In this document: positions 1-11,400 of the stretch, one piece after another
How positions within the stretch are numbered: the first letter of the stretch is position 1
Layout of the letters: every line of letters begins with the position of its first letter
Notes under the pieces: generated by a model
What the model was told of the DNA's origin: nothing
What the model saw: only the letters and a program-made list of their open reading frames with translations
Databases searched by the model: none
Assembly: GCF_902459465.1 (NCBI RefSeq)
Contig: NC_047079.1
Span: 11,532,001-11,596,000, forward strand
DNA: 64,000 bases
Reading direction: 5' to 3'
Source of the DNA: Asterias rubens
Taxonomy: Eukaryota
Position numbers and translations under genes: made by a program

Positions 1-166
1 GACCATTAACTCAACCAATAAATGAACCTGTGTTTGTGCTTTTTTATCACAACATTATGCGCATGTCCGCGCATTTATTTAACTGGCACGGTAGAGTTTG
101 GGGGACTCTAGGTGGCAGCAAACTCACCAAGTAAATCCATTATTCTTGGAAATGTGAGCATGCTAA

Positions 167-299
167 GGCCATGTCCGAAACGGCGACTTCGTGGCTACAG
201 CTACAGCTAAATCACACGCGTATGCCTTTTCTTCAATATTGGCAGACATACTGATCTAGACATGAAGCTGTAACCGAATGGGCCATTTCTGACACAGCC
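167..299. mobile_element. PIF/Harbinger (Tourist-like) MITE, diverged copy
   Basis: Homologous to 3761-3889. Imperfect TIRs GGCCATGTCCGAAA...TTTCTGACACAGCC, flanked by a TAA/TAA 3-bp TSD (164-166, 300-302). Confidence 0.7.
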
Positions 300-689
300 T
301 AAGAATTACGTAAACAATTGAAATTTAACCAGTCAGTCTGCTGCCTCCTAGTGTTCGAAAGTCAAAGTATGAATTGTTTTTACAACCACTTCAAAAGTTC
401 ATTAAAGAAATATTGCTTCCTTGAATCATTAAAGAAATATTGCTGTCTTGAATAATTAAACCCCAAACTTCCCCTCAGTTTTGGAGGAAAATAAAAAAAA
501 ACTTGAATAATTATAGGCAAGCGGTTCACTATAGTAGCAGACCCCCACCATTCCTCAGTTATGGAGGAAAATTATAAACCCTTGAATAATGAGGGGTAGC
601 ATGTTTGTACACTTTTAAGATACCTCAACGTTTATCATTTGATGTGTGCCTCGCCTTTTTCACTTTGTATTCTTCAATTCAAATTGCAG

Positions 690-3600
690 GTGGCTGTATA
701 ACAGACAATGTGACTCCAAAAGTTGGCTTTGTCTTGGGCATTGTCTTTGTCTTTGTCTTGGGCATTGTCTTTATGATACTTCGTGACTGTTGCAAGAAAA
801 TTAATGGTCGCTTTCCATGGACAAAAGGTGAGTATCATCTCGGCCATGCGAGATGATCACGCATGGCTACTTCACAATATTCTTATTTCTACTAAACAAT
901 ATTCTCATAGCTACGTAAAAAACTGAATGTGAAGAAGATTTCATCTCCAACAATTATCGACCGGGTACCCTGTAGTCTTGGTTCAAGACGTTCCTATTGT
1001 TTATATATTTAACGATATACTGGGTGTAGACAGCACTACCACCCACAGACTATCACCAATAGAGGGCGCTTTCTCAACAGTGAATGAACTGTTATCACAG
1101 GATGATATTAGGTGGCGGTTTTTTTCCCCAGTACAAGTGTGTGCAGATAATTACCCACGTTCGTCCTGGTAAAAAAAAACGCCACGCACCGGGGTCGACC
1201 CGGGGGAGCTAAACGAACACACCCAATGATATCAAATTCGATAGGCCCTCTATCTGTAGGCCTTATTTAGCCATTTGGGCATTCCCGTAAAAAGCACAAG
1301 GAGGTTTTAGGAACCTAGACTACTGGGTAAACGGTCTGACAAACTCTTAGTTGCGCGTGAAGATCTCTGTATGAACAAAGATTGCTGCTCATTATTTGCC
1401 AAAACTGCTACATGTGACATACAGCCAGCCTACTAACCCAATGACTGGTTCCATCTATAAAGAAACATTCTAACGTTGTAATATTGTAAATTGAAAGTTG
1501 TAAATATGGACAGACAATCGGGATTTCAGAATTTTTACTAAAATACATAACTATTTGTATTTTTTCTCAGTCCACTGTCATTGCATATTTTGCATACATT
1601 TAAAGTATACACTGTGTACAAATGGCCAAGTTAATAATTAACCCTTGCAGGGTCGTGGTCGTTTGATAAAGGTTGCATGGCCACGACCCCGCCGGTTTTA
1701 AACGGCTGTTAAAGAACTCGTCACCACTCATTTATTCCCTTAGTAAGCATACCAAATGTAATTTAAAAAAACTACTATTTTTTGTATTATTATTGGTTTA
1801 TTAAATATCAAACTTTGTAACAGCCAAAATGCTGAATTGTGTTTAAGTTACAATATAAAAACACGTTCAAACATCAAAGAGTAAAAACCAGCAAATATAC
1901 AATAAGAGATTATAAAAATAGAGAAGATTTGAATATACAATTTTGTCAAAACTGTACCTTTATTGTTCAGAGAGAGTAAGTTTGTATTCTTGTAGTACAG
2001 TAGTATTTACTAAAGTTACTGTTTATGTACTTTATCGTCTCACATTCCAGAACACCAACCAGCACCAACTGAAGAACAACCTGAACTAGGTAGGTACTCA
2101 CAATCAAATTTTGTGTTTTCAGTCTCAGTGGCATGTTGTTAGGACATATATCCTGGGGTGCGTTTTGGCGTTCGTAACCAATAGCTAGTTTGGTTGAATT
2201 GGTCATAACTATAGCTTAATAACTGGCCACTGAGCAATTTCACACAGGAGTTATTTGTTTAACAGGTCAAAATCAATACCATTAAGATTTTATGTCACTC
2301 AAATTCAGGAATGACTAAAAATTCATTGTACTGGTGCTAAAATTGACAGACCTGATTTTGAAGTGTGATGATATTACTAAAGTTTGCCCTGGAAGAGTAT
2401 CAAATACAATGTCAGTTTCCCGAGTTAAGCGTGATGTTAGAGACATGTAATTGTTTGTGTCTCACTTTCTTGAAGGACTCTCTTTCTTTTGGAAAATAAG
2501 TGGATCACTAAACTGGATTGAGCCCCTCTTACAGACACTGGACACCTTTTGTAATTGTCAAAGACCAGTCTTCTCACTTGGTGTATCTCAACATTATGCA
2601 TAAAATAACAAACATGTGAACATTTGAACTCAATCGGTCGTCGAAGTTGCGAGAGAATGATGGAAGAAAAAACACCCTTGTCACACAGGTTGTGTGCTTC
2701 TCAAAAGCTGTGTTACTTCAGAGTGAGCTGTTTCTCACAATATTTTATACTATCAACAGCTTTCCATTGCGCGTTACCAAGTCAGTTTTTATGCTAGCAA
2801 CTATTTTGAGTAATTACCAATAGTGTCCAGTGCCTTTAAACAGGGTACATTTTCTGATTTCAGCAGTCAGTGTGACATTAGTAAAAGTTGATTTTCCCCA
2901 ATTTTACCTACATCTTTTCTGTAGAGGGAGTCACGACTGAAACTACAGCCATGAATGTGCCCTCATCGGTTGATGGTAGGAACTCAATTTATTATCGTGT
3001 GTTTATGTAAATTATACTCAAAAAATATATTGACCATTTTTATTTCACGTCCTTATTACTGACATTGACCTAGGCACAAACGACATAAGGCACACACAGT
3101 AACAATGTACATCTTTGACCATGTCAACTCAATACAAAGCAATGTTTATTTCCACATATCATCAAAAAGACAGTCAATTTGAAAATCATGGGCATATTAT
3201 TAGGGTGGGATTTGAACATACGACCTATGCAATTCTAGAGCAGTGTCTTGCCAACTAGACCAGTGTGATTGCTCGGTAGCTAGAAGCAGCTCGAATCATT
3301 TTTTTTAAAAGCTTGTTTAATTAATATTTTCTATTATTGTGAATTAGTATAACTGCCTGATGGTAGGACCAGGGGACCCTTAAACACAACTAGCATTGTG
3401 CCCTGCAGGCCTGAAAATGCATGTGTAAGCAAGATGATGAAGAAATATCAGGTTTTTGGTACTAACACCCAGGAAAAGATCAGGCATTCAGAAAGTTTTC
3501 CTTGATAATTTCCCAAAATTTCATCCTATACTTTTTTATATTTTGTTTTTATTATTCCTTGCAGATGTTGCATAAGAACCAAGTGTTACTACAGATTTAA

Positions 3601-5291
3601 CATCTAAAAAAGGTAATAGTTGATTAAAATTGATTCAATGAGTCATGCTCAATAGGAGTAGTTGTACATGTTACTCAAGAAATCTGGTTATGCTTCGAGA
3701 TGGATGGCATTCATACAGGGATGCAAGAGCAATTTAGTCGGGCTGGTCGGGGCTCAGTTAGGCCGTGTCCGAAACGGCGACTTCGGCTACAGCTACGGCT
3801 AGATCGCGCGCGTCTGCCTATTCTTTAACACTGGTAGACGCGCTGATCTAGACGTAGCTGTAGCCGAAGTCGTCGTTTCGGACACGGCCTCAGATGGGTT
3901 ATGCCAAGCAGGTCTATCAACATCGACAGGCCAGCCACGTCGGACTGGTCAGTTCAGTTTGGTCAGTCTGCCCGGTCAGTCCTGGCAGGTCATTTAGGTT
4001 GGCCAGCCAAGTTGGTCCAAGCAGGACAGTCAGCCTGGTCAGATGTGGCAAGACAGTCATCAGCCTGGTCGGTCCAGATAGGACAGTCCTGGCAGGTCTT
4101 TTAGGTTGGCAAGCCAAGTTGGTCCAAGCAGGATAGTCAGCCTGGTCAGTCGTGGCAAGACAGTCATCAGCCTGGTCGGTCCAGACAGGACAGTCCTGGC
4201 AGGTCATTTAGGTTGGCCAGCCAAGTTAGTCTAAGCAGGAGAGTCAGCCTGGTCAGACGTGGCAAGACGGTCATCAGCCTGGTCGGTCCAGACAGGACAG
4301 TCCTGGCAGGTCATTTAGGTTGGCCAGCCAAGTTGGTCTAAGCAGGAGAGTCAGCCTGGTCAGTAGTGGCAAGACAGTCATCAGCCTGGTCAGTCCGGAC
4401 AGGACAGTCCTGGCAGGTCATTTACGTTGGCTGGCCAAGTTGCTCTAAGCAGGACAGTAGGCCTGGTCAGACGTGGCAAGACAGTCATCAGCCTGGTCAA
4501 ACCGGACAGGACAGTCCTGGCAGGTCATTTACGTTGGCCGGCCAAGTTGGTCTAAGCAGGACAGTACGCCTGGTCAGACGTGGCAAGACAGTCACCAGCC
4601 TGGTCAGTCTGGACAGGACAGTCCTGGCAGGTCATTTAGGTTGGCCAGCCAAGTTGGTTTAAGCAGGACAGTCAGCCTGGTCAGATATGGCAAGACAGTC
4701 ATCAGCCTGGTCGGTCCAGACAGGACAGTCCTGGCAGGTCAGTTACGTTTGCCAGCCAAGTTGGTCCAAGCAGGACAGTCAGCCTGGTCAGATGTGGCAA
4801 GACAGTCATCAGCCTGGTCGGTCCAGACAGGACAGTCCTGGCAGGTCAGTTACGTTTGCCAGCCAAGTTGGTTTAAGCAGGACAGTCAGCCTGGTCAGAC
4901 GTGGCAAGACAGTCATCAGGCGTGGCTGGACAGTCCTGGCAGGTCATTTAGGTCGGCCAGCCAAGTTGGTCCAAGCAGGACAGTCGGCATGGTCAGTTGG
5001 CCTGGTCAGTCCGGACATGGCAGTCTGCCCAGTCAGATCTTTGACCGTAAAAAAGGGAAGTTGTGATGAGTAATGGTGATTTGTGGTGAGCAATGACTGT
5101 TGAGATGATAGTATAAAGTCCAAGTAGGGAAATAATGCTGAACAAGTTCAGATAAATAAGCATTGTCTTGTACACATTGAGTTTTAGCAATTACCTTTAA
5201 TCTATGTGTAATTTCACAATTATTTTTTTTTTTTTTAGGGTGGCGGGATCTTCTAAGGAAAATAAAGCAGAGGGGGGGTAAAAGAAGGTGA
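690..5291 (+). CDS. 3' exons of an unknown single-pass membrane protein (5' part lies upstream of the window): exons 690-827, 2925-2975, 3565-3612 (in-frame TAA at 3573-3575) and 5239-5291
   Basis: Canonical AG/GT boundaries with matching phase-1 junctions. Translation GGCITDNVTPKVGFVLGIVFVFVLGIVFMILRDCCKKINGRFPWTK/EGVTTETTAMNVPSSVD/DVA* has a hydrophobic TM followed by a basic and Cys-containing juxtamembrane segment. No family recognised. Confidence 0.55.
2529..2839. mobile_element. Non-autonomous TTAA-flanked TIR element, family 1 (Kolobok-like), internally deleted copy
   Basis: Ends (TT)ACAGACACTGGACAC...GTGTCCAGTGCCTTTAA. Shares its internal sequence with many copies in the window. Confidence 0.7.
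3761..3889. mobile_element. PIF/Harbinger (Tourist-like) palindromic MITE
   Basis: Long TIRs GGCCGTGTCCGAAACGGCGACTTCGGCTACAGCTAC...GTAGCTGTAGCCGAAGTCGTCGTTTCGGACACGGCC, with flanks TTA/TCA. A near-identical copy lies at 31605-31732. Confidence 0.75.
3940..5035. repeat. Tandem satellite, 107-bp unit, about 10 copies, inside an intron of gene 1
   Basis: Marker GTCCTGGCAGGTC recurs at 3979, 4086, 4193, 4300, 4407, 4514, 4621, 4728, 4835 (period 107) and 4933. Confidence 0.95.
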
Positions 5292-5684
5292 ATGAGCTGT
5301 TTTTATACGATAGTCTACGATCCTGCCATATCTCCAAGGGCCCCTGTGGGCAGTGGCCCAAGCATTTTGGCCAGGACTGTAGGCTTTTGAAATGATCTAC
5401 AGACTACTCTTGCCTTGAGATAAAAAGTAACGTATTATATCATGGTTGATGAAATTGCGGACTACCCGCTTGATTTAAAAGTAAAATAAAAAATTCCTTG
5501 TACTGTTCTATCTTTAGGCATTAAAATATTGATATCACTTTTCACAGCACTTTATACAAAATTCACAACACTTTTATACAAATATCATGTACATAAATTT
5601 AGATATCATTTTGATAACATCTAGGAAATATCAATTTGTTAATTGAACATACTGTCGCAAATAATATGCAGAAGCAATTCTTAA

Positions 5685-6048
5685 AATAATAGTAATAATA
5701 ATAACCCGTTTTTATATAGCGCTTTTCACACCCGGAGGGCATCCCAAAGTGCTTCACATTATTACCCCTGGTCACTGGGCCTTAATTCACTCCTCAAACC
5801 ATCTCAGCTCCCTGGTGGCGAGTATGCAGCCTGTGCAACATTAATATGCGCTACTCGGCTAAATCAATCACAAGAACCATCTCTGCCCTCACAGGTACCC
5901 ATTTACCCCTGGGTGGAGAGAAGCAATTATAGTTAAGTGTCTTGCTCAGGGACACAAGTGTCACGACCGGGATTCGAACCCACACTCTGCTGAACAGAAG
6001 CATCAGAGCTTGAGTTCGGTGCTCTTATCTGCTCTGCCACGACACTCC
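5685..6048 (-). mobile_element. tRNA-derived SINE with CORE-like middle domain and (TTA)n tail
   Basis: Reverse complement shows A-box GTGGCAGAGCAGATAAG, B-box GGTTCGAATCCC, then GTGTCCCTGAGCAAGACACTTAAC...CCACCCAGGGGTAAATGGGTACC. Highly similar to 57443-57805. Other copies are at about 6660-7165, 20565-20850, 31825-32150 and 60455-60615. Confidence 0.85.
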
Positions 6049-6879
6049 AGAGTGGTTTGTACTTTATATTGAACATAATACTTCACTTCATCATCAGCAT
6101 CACCCCACTTAGTGGGATTCTGATTGACAGATACCATTGCTTTTCGGAAGGGAACCTTGATTCCTAAAAGAGAATGGAACAAATAAAAGAATTATTTTTG
6201 TTGTCCCAAGGTATTGCAAATTTAGGGTATAATCAATAACTACATCTGTTTATAAACACGTCTCAATGTAGGAAGAAACATATGAATAAATAGTCAAGTT
6301 GCGGGTACAACCAAGTGTAAACATTTTCATGAAGACGAGCACAGTGTACTGTTTGAAACGTTTGAGACCACGTACACCAGCTCATCTTGAAGCCGGCACT
6401 CACACACAAGAGATTTACACATGGTTGTACCCGCAAGTTTACTATTTATTTATAGTTTCTTCCTATTCGCCCACACCATGCAATGCTTCAAACAATACCT
6501 ACATCTCAATGTGACTGAGAAGTAGAGGAAACAGCTGTAACATTGAAGTCAACAAAATTGCCAAAGAGTTTTTGTTTAATAATAATACGCCTCTCTTAAT
6601 ATTTATGCATGAGTTACCTTTTGGGTAAGTATTATGACGTCATGCATAAGTATAAAGAGAGGCGTATAATAATAACAGATTCTTATATAGCGCATTTCAA
6701 AATAACCATCTCAATGCTGTACATTAGTGCCCTGGTCATTGGGCCAACTTAATCTTTCTCAGCTCCTTTGGGAGTATACAACCTATGATGGGCAATCAAA
6801 GCGCTCCAAGGCTTTTTCACAGTATCAACCTGTACCCTCGCAGGTATCCATTTATACCCCTGGGTGAAGAGAAGTTAAT

Positions 6880-7138
6880 ATAGGGTGTGGTCGATTAGCT
6901 TCCCTGTGTCAACCACGCAGTGCCCATTCGTCTGAACCCCCTTACAAGAGCTAATCAAACTATCACTCACCCTCTCGCGGTGCTGTCATGCACCTTGGGC
7001 CAGCCCCAAGTGACCCGTTCCACAAGCAGGGCACTTGGGGCTGACCCGGGTAAGCCCCTATAATGACGTCAAAGCTATTCGAACAAACTGGGGGCAGATC
7101 GAGGTCGACCCGGGAAGCTATAAATCAAACGCATCCAT
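6880..7138. mobile_element. Short TIR MITE (GGGTGCGTTCG-type) inserted into a degenerate SINE; related copies at 17653-17885 and about 1183-1225
   Basis: TIR-like ends GGTG(T/C)G..CG..TAGCTTCCC / GGGAAGCTA..AAACGCA(T/C)CCA. SINE sequence resumes after the insert. Confidence 0.6.
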
Positions 7139-7190
7139 AGTAAGTCACTGTGCCTTGATCTTGATTCATGTATGTATGTAATGTATATAA

Positions 7191-7560
7191 AGGCAGTAAT
7201 TACTCAAAATAATTTATAGCAAGAAACTTTACTTGGTGACGAGTAATGCGGAGAGGTTGATAGTATAAAACATTGTGAGAAACAGCTCCCTCTGAAGTGA
7301 CGTAGTGTTCGAGAAAGAAGGAATTTTCCACGAATTTGATTTTGAGACCTCAAGTTTTGAATTTGAGGTCTCGAAATCAAGCATCTGAAAACACACAACT
7401 TCGTGTGACAATGGTGTTTTTTTCTTTCATAGTTATCTCGCAACTCCGACTACCAATTGAGCTGAAATTTTCACAGGTTGGTTATTTTATGCATATGTTG
7501 AGATACACCAAGTGAGAAGACTTGTCTTTGACAATTACCAATAGTGTCCAGTGTCTTTAA
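7191..7560. mobile_element. Kolobok-like family 1 MITE (one end truncated)
   Basis: Right end AATTACCAATAGTGTCCAGTGTCTTTAA, with the conserved family-1 interior. Confidence 0.7.
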
Positions 7561-8383
7561 TGAATTGTGTGATAATTGGCTTTGGAATTCTTGTTTGAAA
7601 AGAAATAAAAAAATGCTAGAACTTATTCGCAGAAATGAAAACTTTGTTGTGTTTTTTTTTCTTGGCGCACGATGACTTTAAAGATATTTAAGACGATGTG
7701 TATATTTTGCAGAGAGCAACTAAAGGGTGAAAATTTGGTATGGGCGATATTTATATCACAAATTTCAAAAGTTATTGCACTTGTAAAAACGTTTTTCAAA
7801 ATCTTTAAGAAATAAATGTTTTAGTTATTGTTAGAGTGCAGCACCAGCGGCTTAGCCATATGGGCGTGCCCCTCCCACTTAAAGCACCCCACCCCCTCCC
7901 CCTGCCCCCACCCGCTCCAATGAATGTACGTAACTAGCTGGGCCCAATTTAAAGCCTGTAAGCACAAAAAAACGTGCTAAGCACAGAATAGTATTGCTTA
8001 ACAGAAAGGGGTTACCAGCCAAAATTACATTAAGTTTACATTGCTGTGACTGGTGCCCCAGTAATGTTTTCCTTTGGAGGCAACTTCTCAAGCAGATGAT
8101 TTTTCTTCACAGCTTTTGACCCACGTACGCCGCTGCCCCTGTTTATAAACCATGGAGGAAGAAAACTGGAGGTCGTTGGTTCAAATCCCGCTCTAGAAAA
8201 TGTCTTGTTTAACTCAATCATTTAAAAGTTAACACAGTCACTCAGTTTCCCCACGTGGTTTAACTTGAGGTTTTAAATCAAACTAGAGGCCAACCGCTTT
8301 TGTCGCGGGCCGGGCGCGCATGACCTGCAAACACCATTCTAAACAATGGACTTGGTAAAGTCTAGTCATACCTTCCAAAACAC

Positions 8384-8391
8384 CCGGAAGT
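8384..8391 (+). promoter_or_regulatory. ETS-type motif CCGGAAGT in the putative promoter of the 2OG oxygenase gene
   Basis: Exact CCGGAAGT about 80 nt upstream of ATG 8469, downstream of a CpG-rich patch at 8300-8320. Motif match only. Confidence 0.35.
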
Positions 8392-8468
8392 AAGTTCACA
8401 AAGTTCAAAGGACGTTGTCCCCACAACACTTGCTAAAATCGGAGTATGTTATGGTTTAAACCATAACC

Positions 8469-11400
8469 ATGGCATTTTTATTGAGTTCAGTCAAGAAACA
8501 AGGGCTTTTTATTGTGATTTTATCACTCTTATGCAGCCTTTCACTTTCGACTTTCACTGTTCACGAATTAAAGTCTCGTTTTTGGCCCATTTCTGACCCA
8601 AACACTTTTGGCATTGCTTCAAAAAGTTTCGGAACGACGGCCAGTGCTAAATTGGAAAAGAGCGCAGGTAAAACATCGGGCATTTTTACAACAGAAGACG
8701 GTCGTCCAGTCGTCGTATTTGACGATGTTTTAGACTATAGGTTGCTTGTGGCTTGGGAGCAATATATCCACCTTGGCGGAATTTGGAGGTAAACAACTTT
8801 TATTTCTCTTTTGCTTTAATTTAATTCAAATAAATATTTGCAATTTCATTCAACAACTGATTCACTCACTTCAGTGATTGGAGTGAAAAGAAAGTTTCTG
8901 ACCCTGATATGTTGGAGGTCATGCAGGTCTGCTCCAGACTAGTTAGCCCCACTTGTGTGGCCAAGGATAGCTGAAGGATTCCTTGACCACACAAGTGGGG
9001 CTACAGACTAGGTAGTACAGTAGGCCTAGTGGTGTGTTTTGGCTTGGACAGGCTTGGTTGGAGGGGGATATCCGGCTATGTTTGAAGAGCTCGGTTCGAA
9101 TTAAGAGCTCGGGTCCGGTCTTCGAATCAACTCTCGCCAGAGCCTTTACTTGGAACTGTAACTAGCCAACAATGGGGGACTTTTGGGACGCTTTGAGCAT
9201 GCTTGTGGTGGAAGCTAGTTGCGATGATCGTAACCCTCCATCCTCCCCTCCTATTGTCGAGAGGATGGAGGGTTACGATCATCACAACTACGTGGCAGCA
9301 GACTAACCCGGTAAATCTCCATTGCCTACGTTGTTCTGAGCATGCACAACACAAATAACCAAGCTGGTAAGTCTGCTGCCACCTAGCATCCCAGAGGCTC
9401 CCATTCACCATGGCATTAACGTAAACCGCATTGATTGAGACGCCAATTGAAGAACTTATTGTTATAATTATTATATAAACGTGTGTTGAGACGTTTTGTT
9501 AAAATGTTTTCTTGATATGTTTCAATTTCAGATTTCAGAATGGATATTCTGAGAACAGCGGTATTTCCTGGACAGCAACCTTCGATGCCGGGGTGTTCAA
9601 AAACTCGGAAACTGGCAGACGTATTTTAAGCCTTGTGAAAAGTTTACCTAAGCATCATGGGAAGGGTAGTGGTGATGGGGAGTACAAACCGTACAAAGTT
9701 GTCTGTAACATCCTCAGAAGGTAATTATAAGGTCAAATTTTTTACAAGTTTCATTTTACATAACGGCTGAATACAAATTAGGAGGTATGGGTGGTGGAAG
9801 TGGGACCTGGGGACTGATGTAGTCTTGGGCCAAACGCCCTTCACATTTTGCTTTTAGCAGATATGGACCAATTCTTACTACAGCACTATATATTTGTTCA
9901 TCTCTTTGTCATAAGTCGGTTGGTCAGGTCATAGAGCAAGGACATGGTCAGGTCATTTTGTTGGTCAGGTCAGTAGGTCTGTCAGGTCATTATTTTGATC
10001 GGGCAGTAGTAGGTCTGGCAAATCAGTCAGTTGGTCAAGTTGGTTGGTCAGGTCAGTCAGAGTTCAGGTCAGTCAGAGTTCAGGTCAGTCAGGTGGTCAG
10101 ATCAGTAGGATGGTCAGGTCAGTAGGCAGGCCTGATACTTTGATCGTGGAGGGTGACAAAGGTGATTAAGAAATTTCCTCATAGGGTGCCCTTTTCCAAG
10201 AAGAAAATGCCTTGGTGCTCCTACCCTTTATTTACAAAAGTAGCATACAGGCCTGCAGTAGGTCTGTCAGCTGGTCAGGTCAGTCAGCTGGTCAGGTCAG
10301 TAGGTTGGTCAGGTCAGGCGGTCAGGTCAGGTCAGTCAGAGGTCAGGTCAGTCAGCTGGTCAGGACAATCAGCTGGTCAGGTCAGTCAGAGGTCAGGTCA
10401 GTCAGAGGTCAGGTCAGTCAGAGCAGTAACATAGACTGAGTTACCTTTGGTTTGATTTCTTGGTAGGGGTGATGTGATTAAAGTTCATCGAGATGCTGAT
10501 AAGGCAGAGGGCGAGTTTACTGCCATTCTTTACTTGAACCAGCTGTGGCGTCAAAACGACTACGGAGATTTATTACTTTACGAGGATAGAGACATCTTTT
10601 CAACTGTGTCTCCAAAGTTCAACAGAGTTATCATATGGGACAGCTCAATAGGTACAATGCTTACTTTGTTTTATTTTTGAAAAACTTATCAAAAGTTGCG
10701 GCAAACCCTAATGTTAAAAGCTGCTTTTACAATAGCACATGGCCCAATTTCATAGAGCTACTAAAAAAAGAGTAGCTTAGCATAACAAAATTGTGTTTAC
10801 CTGGATGAGATTAACAGCTAAGCATATGTACAATTTGTGACTGGTATCCTGCTCATTTCTGCTTAGCAGAAAATTATTAAGAAATATTCTCTGCTTAAGC
10901 AGTTCTATGAAATTTGGCCCTGGTTGGACTCTGTTGCACTGACCTCCATTGCACTGGAACGTCCTACCCGGGCTACTCTCTCACTAGCAAACTTCCCAGG
11001 AATTTTTTTTGTGGCTGTCCTTTTTACCCTTGAATTACTGACCCTGGTAAACTCCTTGGATGTAGTCATGTTTTTTAAGATGATCTTTACGTAAAGGGAA
11101 CTCGGCAAATTCCCACAAGGAGATATACCGGTAAACGCCAAGCTGGCAATTCACAAATCTCTCATAGAGATATTGGTTTAAAGCCATTGGACCCTTTCGG
11201 TACAGAAAAAAAAAAAAAGTTCACAGATTTACAAATAACTTACAGGGTTTACAGAAGGTAGTGGTGAAATACTTCTCTTGAAATATTATTCCATTAAATG
11301 CTTTACTTTTTGAGAAAAAAAGTAAAACAATATCAATTCTCGTTAACGAGAATTACAGATTTATTTTAAACACATGTCATGACACGGCGAAACGCGCAGA

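Noticed and set aside
3940-5035. CRISPR-like or other repeat-spacer array (also 27078-27538)
   Set aside because: Units are contiguous with no unique spacers, the context is eukaryotic, and there are no cas genes.
3894-5073. Multiple ORFs of 67-197 aa over the 107-bp satellite
   Set aside because: Repetitive translation products of an intronic tandem repeat. The unit is not a multiple of 3 and the frames shift.
5960-6048. tRNA genes (also 20565, 21537, 30271, 32815, 37640, 38285, 52820-52930, 57443)
   Set aside because: They have A/B boxes but no complete cloverleaf and continue into shared SINE bodies and tails, so they are SINE heads.
10153-10439. ORFs of 93 and 75 aa in oxygenase intron 2
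   Set aside because: Low-complexity translation of the GGTCAG repeat.
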